Origin: Candidatus Woesearchaeota archaeon
Lineage (GTDB): Archaea > Nanobdellota > Nanobdellia > UBA10117 > ARS21
NCBI GenBank assembly: GCA_964344605.1
Contig: CAYFNR010000003.1
Coordinates: 1,289 to 65,288 of the forward strand
Reading direction: 5' to 3'
Length of the DNA: 64,000 nt
Shown: one piece after another, positions 46,588 to 55,212 of the stretch
Layout: each line of letters opens with the position of its first letter
Position numbering within the stretch: the stretch's first letter is position 1
Notes under the pieces: generated by a model
Databases searched by the model: none
What the model saw: the letters and a program-made list of their open reading frames with translations, nothing else
What the model was told of the DNA's origin: nothing
Position numbers and translations under genes: made by a program

Positions 46588-47256
46588 ATGGAAGTACCAA
46601 AAGAATTGGTTGAAAAAGTATACAAAGTAATTAGTTCTGCAAAAGTAGATGGGAAAATAAGACGCGGAGCAAACGAAACGACTAAAAGCCTTGAACGTGG
46701 TGAAGCAAAACTTGTGGTTTATGCTGGAGATGTTTCTCCATCCGAAATAACATTACATTTTTCTATGCTTGCCAAGGAAAAAGATATCCCACATATTTCA
46801 GTTCCTTCAAAAACTGAATTGGGTGCCGCTGCTGGTTTACCTGTAAGCACAGCTGCTGTAGCTATTGTAAATCCTGGTGAAGCAAAGAAACTTTTAGAAG
46901 AAATTGTTAAAAATTTGAAAACACTTTCAACTGTAAAGGCAGCTCCAAAAGTTGAGAAGAAGGAAGAAAAGCCGGCTGAAGAGAAAAAGGAAGAAAAGGT
47001 TGAGGCTCCTAAAGAGGAAAAACCTGAAGAGAAAAAGGAAGAAAATCAAAAGGTAGAAGAGAAACCAATTGAGAAGGAAGAGGAATCTGAGAAAGAAGAG
47101 CCCAAGGAAGAAAAGCCGGCTGAAGAGAAAAAGGAAGAAAAGGTTGAGGCTCCTAAAGAGGAAAAACCTGAAGAGAAAAAGGAAGAAAATCAAAAGGTAG
47201 AAGAGAAACCAATTGAGAAGGAAGAGGAATCTGAGAAAGAAGAAAAGAGTAAATAA
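46588..47256 (+). CDS. rpl7ae: Ribosomal protein L7Ae with a ~100-aa Glu/Lys-rich C-terminal extension
   Basis: KIRRGANETTKSLERGEAKLVVYAGDVSPSEI...IPHISVPSKTELGAAAG core (~120 aa), followed by a repeated EK-rich tail. 222 aa in total. Confidence 0.9.
   Translation: MEVPKELVEKVYKVISSAKVDGKIRRGANETTKSLERGEAKLVVYAGDVSPSEITLHFSMLAKEKDIPHISVPSKTELGAAAGLPVSTAAVAIVNPGEAKKLLEEIVKNLKTLSTVKAAPKVEKKEEKPAEEKKEEKVEAPKEEKPEEKKEENQKVEEKPIEKEEESEKEEPKEEKPAEEKKEEKVEAPKEEKPEEKKEENQKVEEKPIEKEEESEKEEKSK
46960..47243 (+). repeat. Perfect tandem direct duplication, 144-bp period, inside the rpl7ae tail
   Basis: 46960-47099 is identical base for base to 47104-47243 (compared by eye). It encodes KEEKPAEEKKEEKVEAPKEEKPEEKKEENQKVEEKPIEKEEESEKEE twice, in frame. 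Confidence 0.9.
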
Positions 47257-47504
47257 TGGCTAAAGGGGAAAAGAAAGAATCAAAAGAAAAAAGGATTGAC
47301 GCTGTTCCAGCTGAAGTTCTTGAGATAATTGGAAGAGTTGGAGGCAAGCAAGCAGCTATCCAAGTAAGATGTAAAGTTCTTGACGGTTCAGACGCCGGAA
47401 AGATAACTCGAAGAAATGTTCTTGGCCCAGTAAGAAAAGGTGACATATTAATGCTTACACAAACAGAAATGGAAGCGTCTCCATTGAGAGGTGGACGAAG
47501 ATGA
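47256..47504 (+). CDS. rps28e: Ribosomal protein S28e
   Basis: VPAEVLEIIGRVGGKQAAIQVRCKVLDGSDAGKITRRNVLGPVRKGDILML. The ATG overlaps the rpl7ae stop (TAATG). Confidence 0.9.
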   Translation: MAKGEKKESKEKRIDAVPAEVLEIIGRVGGKQAAIQVRCKVLDGSDAGKITRRNVLGPVRKGDILMLTQTEMEASPLRGGRR

Positions 47505-47668
47505 TATGTAGTTTTTGCAGCTCAGAAATAACAGCTGGAACTGGAAAAATGTTCATAAGGAAAACTGGAAAAGTGCTATATTTCTGCTCCTCAAAATGTG
47601 AGAAAAATATGCTTAAACTCAAAAGAAATCCTGCAAGAACAAGATGGACAAAAACAAAAGCTCAATAA
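47501..47668 (+). CDS. rpl24e: Ribosomal protein L24e (55 aa, below the ORF-track cutoff)
   Basis: Hand translation: MICSFCSSEITAGTGKMFIRKTGKVLYFCSSKCEKNMLKLKRNPARTRWTKTKAQ. C-x2-C...C-x3-C pattern and the conserved L7Ae-S28e-L24e gene order. The ATG overlaps the S28e stop (ATGA). Confidence 0.8.
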   Translation: MICSFCSSEITAGTGKMFIRKTGKVLYFCSSKCEKNMLKLKRNPARTRWTKTKAQ

Positions 47669-47719
47669 TAGCATCCACTAAAAAGTATTTAAAAGAATAT
47701 CTGCCTTTAAAATTAAAAG

Positions 47720-48055
47720 ATGAAACCATTACTGCCGACGCTGAAAGAACGAAAGCGTTATATACTCTTTGAAGTTAATCCTAAAATTGGAGTCGAGAAA
47801 GAAGAAGTCAAAAAACAAGTCACGAAAGCTTGTTTACAGTTTCTCGGTGAACTAGGAATGGCCAAAGCAGGCATCCAGTTTTTGCCTGAGACTTACAAAA
47901 AGAGCTCAGGAAAAGGAGTGATACGTGTTGGACATAAGCACGTTGACGAAACAAAAGCTGCACTGGCCTTAATAAAAGAAATAAATGGGAAAAAAGTAAG
48001 CTTTAACGCCTTGAAGGTTTCGGGCTTGCTTGATAAAGTAAAAAAAGAGTGTTAA
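47720..48055 (+). CDS. rnp2: RNase P protein component 2 (Pop5/Rpp14 homologue)
   Basis: LPTLKERKRYILFEV N-terminus and ~110 aa size. Sits immediately upstream of psmA as in the archaeal exosome superoperon. TATTTAAAAG about 27 nt upstream. Confidence 0.75.
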   Translation: MKPLLPTLKERKRYILFEVNPKIGVEKEEVKKQVTKACLQFLGELGMAKAGIQFLPETYKKSSGKGVIRVGHKHVDETKAALALIKEINGKKVSFNALKVSGLLDKVKKEC

Positions 48056-48058
48056 AAA

Positions 48059-48763
48059 ATGCAATTTGTACCTAGTCAAGTAATGGGTTATGATCGTGCT
48101 ATTACAGTATTCAGTCCAGACGGACGTATTTTACAGGTGGAGTATGCAAAAAAAGCGGTAGATACAGGTACTCTCACTATAGGAATTACTTGTAAGGATG
48201 GCGTAGTATTTCTTGCGGACACAAAGCGAGGGGACAAGCTAATAGCTGAAGGTTCGATCAAAAAAATGTTTCAGCTTGAAGACCATGTATCTGCGACTTA
48301 TTCAGGATATATCAGCGACGCCAGAATATTAATCAAAAAGTGCAGAGTTAAAGCACAGCAACACAAAGTAACTTATGGAGAAGAAATTAGCGCTGAAGAC
48401 TTGGCAAAATATCTTGCTGACCTAAAACAAGCTTACACTCAATACGGGGGCATCAGGCCTTTCGGAGTTTCAATTTTAATAGGAGGTATGGGTAAAAAAG
48501 GTCCACAACTTTTTGTTACCGAACCAAGTGGAATTTATTTCCAATACAAAGCTAAGGCTGTAGGAATGGATTCTGTTGATGCAAATAAATATTTGGAGAA
48601 AAACTATAAAGAAAATATGAAAATGGAAGACTGCATTAAACTTGGTATTCAAACACTTAAGAAGATTCTTGGAAAAGAATTTAAATATGGCAACATAGTC
48701 GCTTCTATGACAACGAATGACGGCTTTAAGCGGCTTTCTACTGCAGACCTGAAAAAACACTGA
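48059..48763 (+). CDS. psmA: Proteasome alpha subunit
   Basis: YDRAITVFSPDGRILQVEYA signature N-terminus. 234 aa. Confidence 0.9.
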   Translation: MQFVPSQVMGYDRAITVFSPDGRILQVEYAKKAVDTGTLTIGITCKDGVVFLADTKRGDKLIAEGSIKKMFQLEDHVSATYSGYISDARILIKKCRVKAQQHKVTYGEEISAEDLAKYLADLKQAYTQYGGIRPFGVSILIGGMGKKGPQLFVTEPSGIYFQYKAKAVGMDSVDANKYLEKNYKENMKMEDCIKLGIQTLKKILGKEFKYGNIVASMTTNDGFKRLSTADLKKH

Positions 48764-48764
48764 A

Positions 48765-49484
48765 ATGTCTCACAGACAACAAATATTCGATAAGGAAAGG
48801 TTATCTCTGAATATAGCTCGACTGAAAAAAGGTGGAGAAACTTTTGAAGTTATTATTAGCGATCCTGACCAGGCTCTAGAACTTCGACAAGGAAAAAGCA
48901 TCCCTGTTGTAGAAGTTATGAATGGGGACTTGATTTTCAAAGACGCAAAGAAAGGCCTTGCTGCTTCTGAAGAATTAATGGATAAATGGCTTGGAACTAG
49001 AGATCACAAAGTTGCTGCCGAAATCATAATCAAAAAAGGAGAATTCAATCTTACAGCAGACCAAAAAAGAGAAATTGCGAAAAGAAAGAGGAGACAAATT
49101 ATTCAGTATATTCATGAAAATTCTGTTGACCCAAAGACAAAAAGTCCACATCCAATAAACAGGATAGAACTTGCTGTTGAAGAAGCAAAAGTCCAAATAG
49201 ATCCAACGGACAAGACTGAGTGGCTTATTGAGAAAATAATCCCACAACTTCAACCAATATTGCCCTTATCATTTGAGCGGGCACATCTTAAAATAACCAT
49301 ACCGGCAAAACATGCTGGTTCAGCTTACAGCGCAGCCAAAGGAAAATACAAGCTTCTAAATGAAACTTGGGGAAATGACGGCTCCGTACAGTTTGAACTG
49401 AATGTAATTGCTGGAGCAAAAGAAAAAGTTACTAGTTTGCTTAACAAGTTAACTAATGGCGAAGTAATAATTGAGGAAAAATAA
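48765..49484 (+). CDS. SBDS/Sdo1 family ribosome maturation protein
   Basis: ARLKKGGETFEVIISDP...IFKDAKKG FYSH-domain N-terminus. Conserved position between psmA and rrp4. Confidence 0.85.
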   Translation: MSHRQQIFDKERLSLNIARLKKGGETFEVIISDPDQALELRQGKSIPVVEVMNGDLIFKDAKKGLAASEELMDKWLGTRDHKVAAEIIIKKGEFNLTADQKREIAKRKRRQIIQYIHENSVDPKTKSPHPINRIELAVEEAKVQIDPTDKTEWLIEKIIPQLQPILPLSFERAHLKITIPAKHAGSAYSAAKGKYKLLNETWGNDGSVQFELNVIAGAKEKVTSLLNKLTNGEVIIEEK

Positions 49485-49485
49485 A

Positions 49486-50211
49486 ATGGCAAAAACAAAA
49501 GAAAAATTACAAGTTAAAGATAAGGAAATAGCAGTTCCTGGACAAGTTCTTGCAGAAGGGATGGATTATCTTCCTTCTGGAAAAGCTGTGCGTGAAGATG
49601 GAAAAATAGTTTCAACGACCGTTGGACTAGTAAATGTTAGGGGAAGAGTACTAAAGGTTATACCTCTCTCTGGAAGATATGTTCCAAGAAGAAATGATTC
49701 AGTGGTTGGAACAGTAACTGATGTTGGAAAGTATGGCTGGAGAGTTGACATAAACGCTCCATATGATTCAGAGATAAATATGAGAGATGCAGGAGCACCT
49801 ACCTTCGGTCTCAGAGGAGACTTGTCAAAGATATATGGTGTTGGTGACTTTGTTCTTGCTGGAATAACCGAAATAGCAGACAATAGATTCATCAAGCTTT
49901 CTACACGAACAAGACCTCACCGAAAGCTAAGGGGTGGAATAATAATCGAAGTTTCTCCTTCAAAGATCCCTCGCATCATAGGTCGCGAAGGCAGCATGAT
50001 TAAGATTTTGAAAGATGGAAGCGACTGCGAAATATTCGTAGGGCAAAACGGGCTTGTTTGGATAAAAGGCGAACCAAATAATATGGCCCTTGCGTCAAAA
50101 GCTATCAGAAGAATATCTTCAAATTCTCATGCCGATGGTTTGACTGAAGAAATTAAGAATATGTTTGGAGGAAAAAAGAAGAAAACTAAAAAAGAAAATG
50201 GCAAAAAGTGA
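49486..50211 (+). CDS. rrp4: Exosome complex RNA-binding subunit Rrp4 (S1 + KH)
   Basis: VPGQVLAEG, S1 region GTVTDVGKYGWRVDI, KH region IPRIIGREGSMIKIL. ATG 49486 preferred over TTG 49471. Confidence 0.85.
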   Translation: MAKTKEKLQVKDKEIAVPGQVLAEGMDYLPSGKAVREDGKIVSTTVGLVNVRGRVLKVIPLSGRYVPRRNDSVVGTVTDVGKYGWRVDINAPYDSEINMRDAGAPTFGLRGDLSKIYGVGDFVLAGITEIADNRFIKLSTRTRPHRKLRGGIIIEVSPSKIPRIIGREGSMIKILKDGSDCEIFVGQNGLVWIKGEPNNMALASKAIRRISSNSHADGLTEEIKNMFGGKKKKTKKENGKK

Positions 50212-50920
50212 TAAAAAATTAATTGTAAAAGGAAAAAGATTAGATGGACGTAAAGCGGAAGATATGCGTCCGATATCTGTGAAAGTTGGAGTGATTCCGC
50301 AAGCTGACGGTTCTGCTGAAGTTAGTATGGGTGAAACTGTTGCTGTGGCAGCCGTTTACGGACCGCAGAAAGTTTTACCAAGAAGATTTGAACTTGCTGA
50401 CCGTGCATACGTCAGAGTAATTTACGATATGGTTGCTTTCTCAACAAGCGAGAGAAATCGCCCAGGTCCAAGCAGGAGAAGCAAGGAAATATCCAAAGTT
50501 ATGGAAGAGGCCTTGGTACCTGCAATATTTGTAGAGAAATACCCTAAAATGGGAATTTACGTTTATGTAAACATAATAAATGCAAATGCTGGAACCAGAA
50601 CTGCCGCCTTAAACGCGGCCTCTGTAGCACTAGCGGATGCAGGAATCGAAATGAAGGATTTAGTAACTTCAACAGCTGCTGGGAAAATAGACGGCGAAGT
50701 TGTCCTTGATTTATTCCAAGATGAGGACAATTATGGGGAAGCTGATTTGCCTGTTGCCATAATGCCAAATTCTGGAGAAATAACTTTAATCCAGATGGAT
50801 GGGCACCTTACAAAAAAAGAACTTGAAAAAAGCATTGAAATGTGTAAAAAGGCTTCAAAAAAGATTTACGAAATACAAAGAAAAGCACTAGTTGAAAAAT
50901 ACAAAACGGAGAGTGATTAA
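50198..50920 (+). CDS. rrp41: Exosome complex exonuclease Rrp41 (RNase PH domain)
   Basis: RLDGRKAEDMRPI, ADGSAEVSMGET, PGPSRRSKEISK. Start at MAKSDKK overlaps the rrp4 3' end by 14 nt. Confidence 0.9.
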   Translation: MAKSDKKLIVKGKRLDGRKAEDMRPISVKVGVIPQADGSAEVSMGETVAVAAVYGPQKVLPRRFELADRAYVRVIYDMVAFSTSERNRPGPSRRSKEISKVMEEALVPAIFVEKYPKMGIYVYVNIINANAGTRTAALNAASVALADAGIEMKDLVTSTAAGKIDGEVVLDLFQDEDNYGEADLPVAIMPNSGEITLIQMDGHLTKKELEKSIEMCKKASKKIYEIQRKALVEKYKTESD

Positions 50921-50922
50921 AA

Positions 50923-51708
50923 ATGGAAAACAAAAAAGAATACATTTCATCCCTTCTAAAATCTGGATCCAGAGAAGACGGTAGGGGATTGTTTGATTAC
51001 AGGAATTTAGAAGTGGAGGTTAATACTATTAACCAAGCCAACGGCTCTGCCCGTGTTAAATTAGGAGAAACTGAAGTTCTTGTTGGTGTCAAGTTCGATG
51101 TTGGAACTCCATTCCCAGACTCACCCGATCAAGGAGTTCTTATGACTTCAGCAGAGCATTCTCCTCTGGCTTCAAAGGAATTCGAGGCAGGTCCTCCGAG
51201 CCCCAAAGCAATAGAGTTTGCTAGAGTTGTTGATAGAGTAATAAGAGAATCTGGAACAATTGATTTTGGAAAGTTAGTAATAACTCCAGGTGAGAAAGTC
51301 TGGATGGTCTTCATAGATATATCTCCTATTAATGACGGCGGCAATCTGTTTGACGCTGCGGCTATAGGATCTATTGTGGCTTTGAAGAACGCAAGATTTC
51401 CAAAATACGATAAAAAGAAGGAAAAAGTTGAGCATAGAGAACTAACTAAAGATGTTATAAAACTAGAAAAGGTTCCTATACTTTGCACTTTTGGAAAAAT
51501 AGATGACAATCTTTTTGTTGATCCAAATCTCAGCGAAGAGGCAGCCACAGAAGCGCGCCTGAACATAGGCACAATTGACAACGGTGATATATGTGCGATG
51601 CAAAAAGGTGAGACTGGAAGCTTTACTGACAAGGAAATAAAACAACTAGCTGACGAAGCTGCTAAGAAAGGGAAAGCTTTAAGAAAGCTTCTGAAAAAAT
51701 ACCTATAG
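50923..51708 (+). CDS. rrp42: Exosome complex subunit Rrp42 (RNase PH-like)
   Basis: [33 protein letters not shown]. 261 aa, following rrp41. Confidence 0.85.
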   Translation: MENKKEYISSLLKSGSREDGRGLFDYRNLEVEVNTINQANGSARVKLGETEVLVGVKFDVGTPFPDSPDQGVLMTSAEHSPLASKEFEAGPPSPKAIEFARVVDRVIRESGTIDFGKLVITPGEKVWMVFIDISPINDGGNLFDAAAIGSIVALKNARFPKYDKKKEKVEHRELTKDVIKLEKVPILCTFGKIDDNLFVDPNLSEEAATEARLNIGTIDNGDICAMQKGETGSFTDKEIKQLADEAAKKGKALRKLLKKYL

Positions 51709-51709
51709 A

Positions 51710-51901
51710 ATGGAGTATACAAAATACGAAAGGGCAAGAATAATTGGTGCTAGAGCGCTGCAGCTAGCAATGGGAGCACCGCTACTAATCAAACGCCCAA
51801 AAGAGTTGTATGACACTGTAGATATAGCTGAGCTTGAGTTAGATAAGGGAGTTCTTCCAATTACTATAAAAAGACCAAAGCCAATGAAGGTAGAAATATA
51901 A
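51710..51901 (+). CDS. rpoK: DNA-directed RNA polymerase subunit K (Rpb6 homologue)
   Basis: [19 protein letters not shown] signature. 63 aa. Confidence 0.85.
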   Translation: MEYTKYERARIIGARALQLAMGAPLLIKRPKELYDTVDIAELELDKGVLPITIKRPKPMKVEI

Positions 51902-51902
51902 A

Positions 51903-52544
51903 ATGGCAGAAAAAACAGCAACTAAGGAAAAAGAAGTAACATCTGACGACGTTAAAATTGGTAGTAAGACAACCATTCCTACTGAAACTTATTTGTCATC
52001 TGGAACCCACATAGGAACGAAAGTTAAGACAAAAGATATGAGTAGGTTTGTATACAAAACAAATCCTATTGGGCTAAATATTATTGATGTTCAAGTGATT
52101 GACGAACGGCTTAAACAGGCTGGAAAATTCTTGGCAAGGTACAGCCCTGAAGAAATTTTAGTAATAAGTAGAAGAGAAAATGGTTGGAAACCGGTTAGGG
52201 CCTTCTCAAAAGTTACAGGAGCAAAGAAGTTTACTGGAAGATATCCTGCAGGAGTTTTAACAAATCCAAATCTAGAAACATTTACCGAACCAAAAGTTCT
52301 TCTCGTGACTGATCCATGGACTGACAAGAATGCCGTGCATGACGCTGTGATTGCCGGAATTCCTATAATTGCCTTGTGCGACACCAACAACACGACCCAA
52401 AATGTAGATTTTGCAATTCCATGCAACAATAAAGGAGCAAAGTCTTTGGCTCTTGTTTACTGGGTTTTAGCCAGCTATTATTTAAAAGAAAGAAAAGAGC
52501 TGAAGGGAAAAGAGCTCGACAAATCTGCTTTTTTTGGGGAGTAG
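51903..52544 (+). CDS. rps2: Ribosomal protein S2 (uS2)
   Basis: YLSSGTHIGTK, ILVISRR, VTDPWTDKNAVHDAVIAGIPIIALCDTNN. Confidence 0.9.
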   Translation: MAEKTATKEKEVTSDDVKIGSKTTIPTETYLSSGTHIGTKVKTKDMSRFVYKTNPIGLNIIDVQVIDERLKQAGKFLARYSPEEILVISRRENGWKPVRAFSKVTGAKKFTGRYPAGVLTNPNLETFTEPKVLLVTDPWTDKNAVHDAVIAGIPIIALCDTNNTTQNVDFAIPCNNKGAKSLALVYWVLASYYLKERKELKGKELDKSAFFGE

Positions 52545-52545
52545 T

Positions 52546-52896
52546 ATGATTCTTAACTTGACCAAAAATTGTCAAATTGCTTCTCAGTCGAAAACATATA
52601 AAACAGTACTTTCACTTGCAAGAGGATTAATGTTTCGGAAGCCACTTCAAGACTCTGAGGCTCTGATCTTGGATATGGGTGGAGAAACTTCAGGTTCAAT
52701 TCACACTTTTTTCGTGTTCTTCCCAATAGATGTCATATGGATTAACAGAAATTTAGAAGTAGTTGACTTGCAAGAAAATGTCAAGCCTTTTGTTCCTTGG
52801 CTTTATCCAAAAAAACGTTCCAGATATGTAATAGAGCTTCCAAAAGGAGCAATAAAGATTAGCGGCACTGAAGTTGGAGATAAGATAGTTATATAA
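52546..52896 (+). CDS. DUF192 family protein
   Basis: ARGLMFRKPL...EALILD...IHTFFVFFPIDVIWIN pattern typical of DUF192/COG1430. ATG 52546 lies 1 nt after the rps2 stop. Confidence 0.7.
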   Translation: MILNLTKNCQIASQSKTYKTVLSLARGLMFRKPLQDSEALILDMGGETSGSIHTFFVFFPIDVIWINRNLEVVDLQENVKPFVPWLYPKKRSRYVIELPKGAIKISGTEVGDKIVI

Positions 52897-52920
52897 AAAC
52901 AGAGAGTAATAAAAAACAAA

Positions 52921-54213
52921 ATGAAAAAGAGAAGAACAAAACAAATTAAAAGTAAAAATAAAATCATAATAGAATGTAATGGTGGCGGGCGAGAGGTTGG
53001 GAACAACGCTTTCATAGTCGACACCGGAAAGGAAAGGATAGCTCTAGAATTTGGGTTCAATGTTTCTGATGGCATAGGGCCTATCGTTCCAAAAAAGAAA
53101 GTTGATGCGGTTGTAGTCGCACACGGTCACCTTGACCACTGTGGAAGCGTTCCAGAAATATTCAAGAAACAAAAACCAAAAGTTTATGGAACCAAAGCAA
53201 CCAAAGACTTAGCGGAGCTAGTTTTATATGATAGTGTTAAATTAGGCAAAATAAAAGGTAAGCCAAGACCTTTCAATCGGGCCGATGTGAGCAATCTCAT
53301 ATCTAAATGGAAGAAAACAGATTATAACCGGCCATTCAATATTGGAAATACAAAAGCAACATTCTATGATGCCGGACACATACCTGGTTCAGCAATGGTT
53401 CTGCTTGAAACAAATGGCAAAAGAATACTGTACACGAGCGATTTCAAGACAACAGATACGCAACTTGTCAAAGGAGCCAACGTGAATGTTTTTAAGGATA
53501 TAGATATATTATTTATAGAAACAACTTACAGTTCAAGAAACCAAGACAATCGGTTAAAAGTTGAGAAGAAATTTTTTAAGATTGTAAAAGACACGATAAA
53601 TTCTGGAGGTATAGCAATGATACCTTCATTTGCAATTAGAGCTCCGGAGATTCTTATGATCCTAGAAAAACATGGGGCAAAATTCCCAGTATATATTGAT
53701 GGTATGGGAAGACAAGCAGTAGACATAGCTTTGAATAACCCAAAATTTCTGAAGAATTCCTTGCTACTAAAAAATGCAATGAAAAGGACTAAGATGGTTC
53801 GGAACGACAGAGATAGAAGGAGCATTACAAAGAAACCTTGTGCGATAGTTACAACTAGTGGTTCTATGGATGGTGGTCCAGCCGCAACATACATAAAGCA
53901 TATTTACTCCGATCCAAAATCAGCTTTGATTTTAACTGGATTTCAGTTTCCCGGATCTGCGGGTCAGTACATTCTTGATACAGGCAGATATGTTACTGAA
54001 GAAGTGGATCTTAAATTGAAAATTCCAGTGTACCAAGTTGAACTTAGTTCGCACGCAGACAGAACTGAATTAATTGACTTCGTTAAGAAGTTGCGGCCAA
54101 AGAATATTGTGTGCATACACGGAACAAACTGCCAGAGGTTTGCTACTGAGATGAAAGGCCAATTTGGGATTAAGACTTTCGCACCAAAGAATGGAGAAGT
54201 TTTGGAGTTTTAA
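52921..54213 (+). CDS. Metallo-beta-lactamase / beta-CASP family RNA nuclease (aCPSF2/RNase J-like)
   Basis: VVAHGHLDHCGSVP (HxHxDH), DAGHIPGSA, beta-CASP-like ESTYS-type IETTYSS, C-terminal SSHADRTEL and CIHG. Confidence 0.8.
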   Translation: MKKRRTKQIKSKNKIIIECNGGGREVGNNAFIVDTGKERIALEFGFNVSDGIGPIVPKKKVDAVVVAHGHLDHCGSVPEIFKKQKPKVYGTKATKDLAELVLYDSVKLGKIKGKPRPFNRADVSNLISKWKKTDYNRPFNIGNTKATFYDAGHIPGSAMVLLETNGKRILYTSDFKTTDTQLVKGANVNVFKDIDILFIETTYSSRNQDNRLKVEKKFFKIVKDTINSGGIAMIPSFAIRAPEILMILEKHGAKFPVYIDGMGRQAVDIALNNPKFLKNSLLLKNAMKRTKMVRNDRDRRSITKKPCAIVTTSGSMDGGPAATYIKHIYSDPKSALILTGFQFPGSAGQYILDTGRYVTEEVDLKLKIPVYQVELSSHADRTELIDFVKKLRPKNIVCIHGTNCQRFATEMKGQFGIKTFAPKNGEVLEF

Positions 54214-54214
54214 A

Positions 54215-55087
54215 ATGAAAAACAAATTTGTTATCTTGTTTAGCTCTGACCTACATGGGAATCCTACTCAATATCAAAAACTATTCAAAAAAGCATATGA
54301 GGATAAAGTAAACGCGGTTGTGATTGGAGGAGATATAACACCAAAGGACTTTAGAGAAAGAACAATAGCTAGGTAGAGAAAATTTCTGGTAGAAGAATTA
54401 GTGCCACTTTAAGCAATTCAACAGAAATAACAAAGCAAGAAACCACACTTGTAGCATATATTTAATAATGGGGAATGACGATTTCAGAAGCAACTGGCTT
54501 ATTTTTAAAAAACACGAGCACAAAGCTGGCTTCAGACTAATAGACGAAAAGATAATAAAATTATACAGTGATTTCAGAATAGCTGGTTACCCTTTTGTTC
54601 CATTAACACCTTTCAAGTACAAAGATTGGGAAAAATTGGATCTGTCAGACGAAGACGAAAGGGAAAAAAGAACGGAATTCACCACAGAAGGTAAAAAATC
54701 CTCAGGTAACCGATTTGTTAAAGTGAAGTTCAGTTTAAAGGATCGGAAAGACACTATTGAAAAAGATTTGAGGAAATTATTCAAAAGTTCAGATCCAAGA
54801 AAAGTTGTATTAATTAGCCACTCCCTTCCACACAACACAAATTTAGATATGCTCTTCAACAAAGAACATGTCGGTAGTGCAGCACTAAGAAAAATCATAA
54901 AAGAAAACAACCATATCTAACATTACATGGTCACATTCATGAAACAGTAGACATCTCAGGAAAGTTCTTAGATAGAATAGGAAAAACTATTTGTATAAGT
55001 TCTGGAAATCACAACGTGGGTCCAAATTTAGCTGTGATCAAATTTGATTTATATAACCCAAAAAAAGCAGTAAGACTAGTCGTTTAG
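54215..55087 (+). pseudogene. Disrupted calcineurin-like metallophosphoesterase
   Basis: All signature blocks are present but spread over three frames: SSDLHG and GGDITP (frame A), in-frame TAG at 54374, shift near the T-run at 54408 to LIMGNDD...ISHSLPH (frame B), shift near 54905 back to LTLHGHIHE...SSGNH (frame A). At least one nonsense and two frameshifts. Confidence 0.7.
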
Positions 55088-55212
55088 TTGGGACAAATAG
55101 AAATTAGTCTTATCTGTAATAGGTTCTAGCGCTTCTTCACTCATTTTTTCACTCTTTGCAAGTGCATTCAAGATGTTCATGTTTGTGAGAGGTATAAAAA
55201 CCTTCCTATTCA

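Noticed and set aside
46927-47193. 88-aa antisense ORF and the possibility that the 144-bp repeat is a CRISPR-like or non-coding array.
   Set aside because: There are only two adjacent copies with no spacers. The repeat is in frame within rpl7ae and encodes an EK-rich peptide. The antisense ORF is a poly-Phe/Leu artefact.
54374-54376. In-frame TAG as possible pyrrolysine or programmed readthrough.
   Set aside because: The same frame has three more stops within 90 nt, and the gene needs two frameshifts as well. TAG is used as an ordinary stop elsewhere (rps2, pduO and acdB, for example). This fits a pseudogene or sequencing errors.
55076-55180. 34-aa minus-strand ORF (MNILNALAKSEKMSEEALEPITDKTNFYLSQLND) downstream of the Rpp30-like gene.
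   Set aside because: It is very short and its A/T box is only about 17 nt from the ATG. It overlaps the pseudogene 3' end and has no motif, so the support is insufficient.
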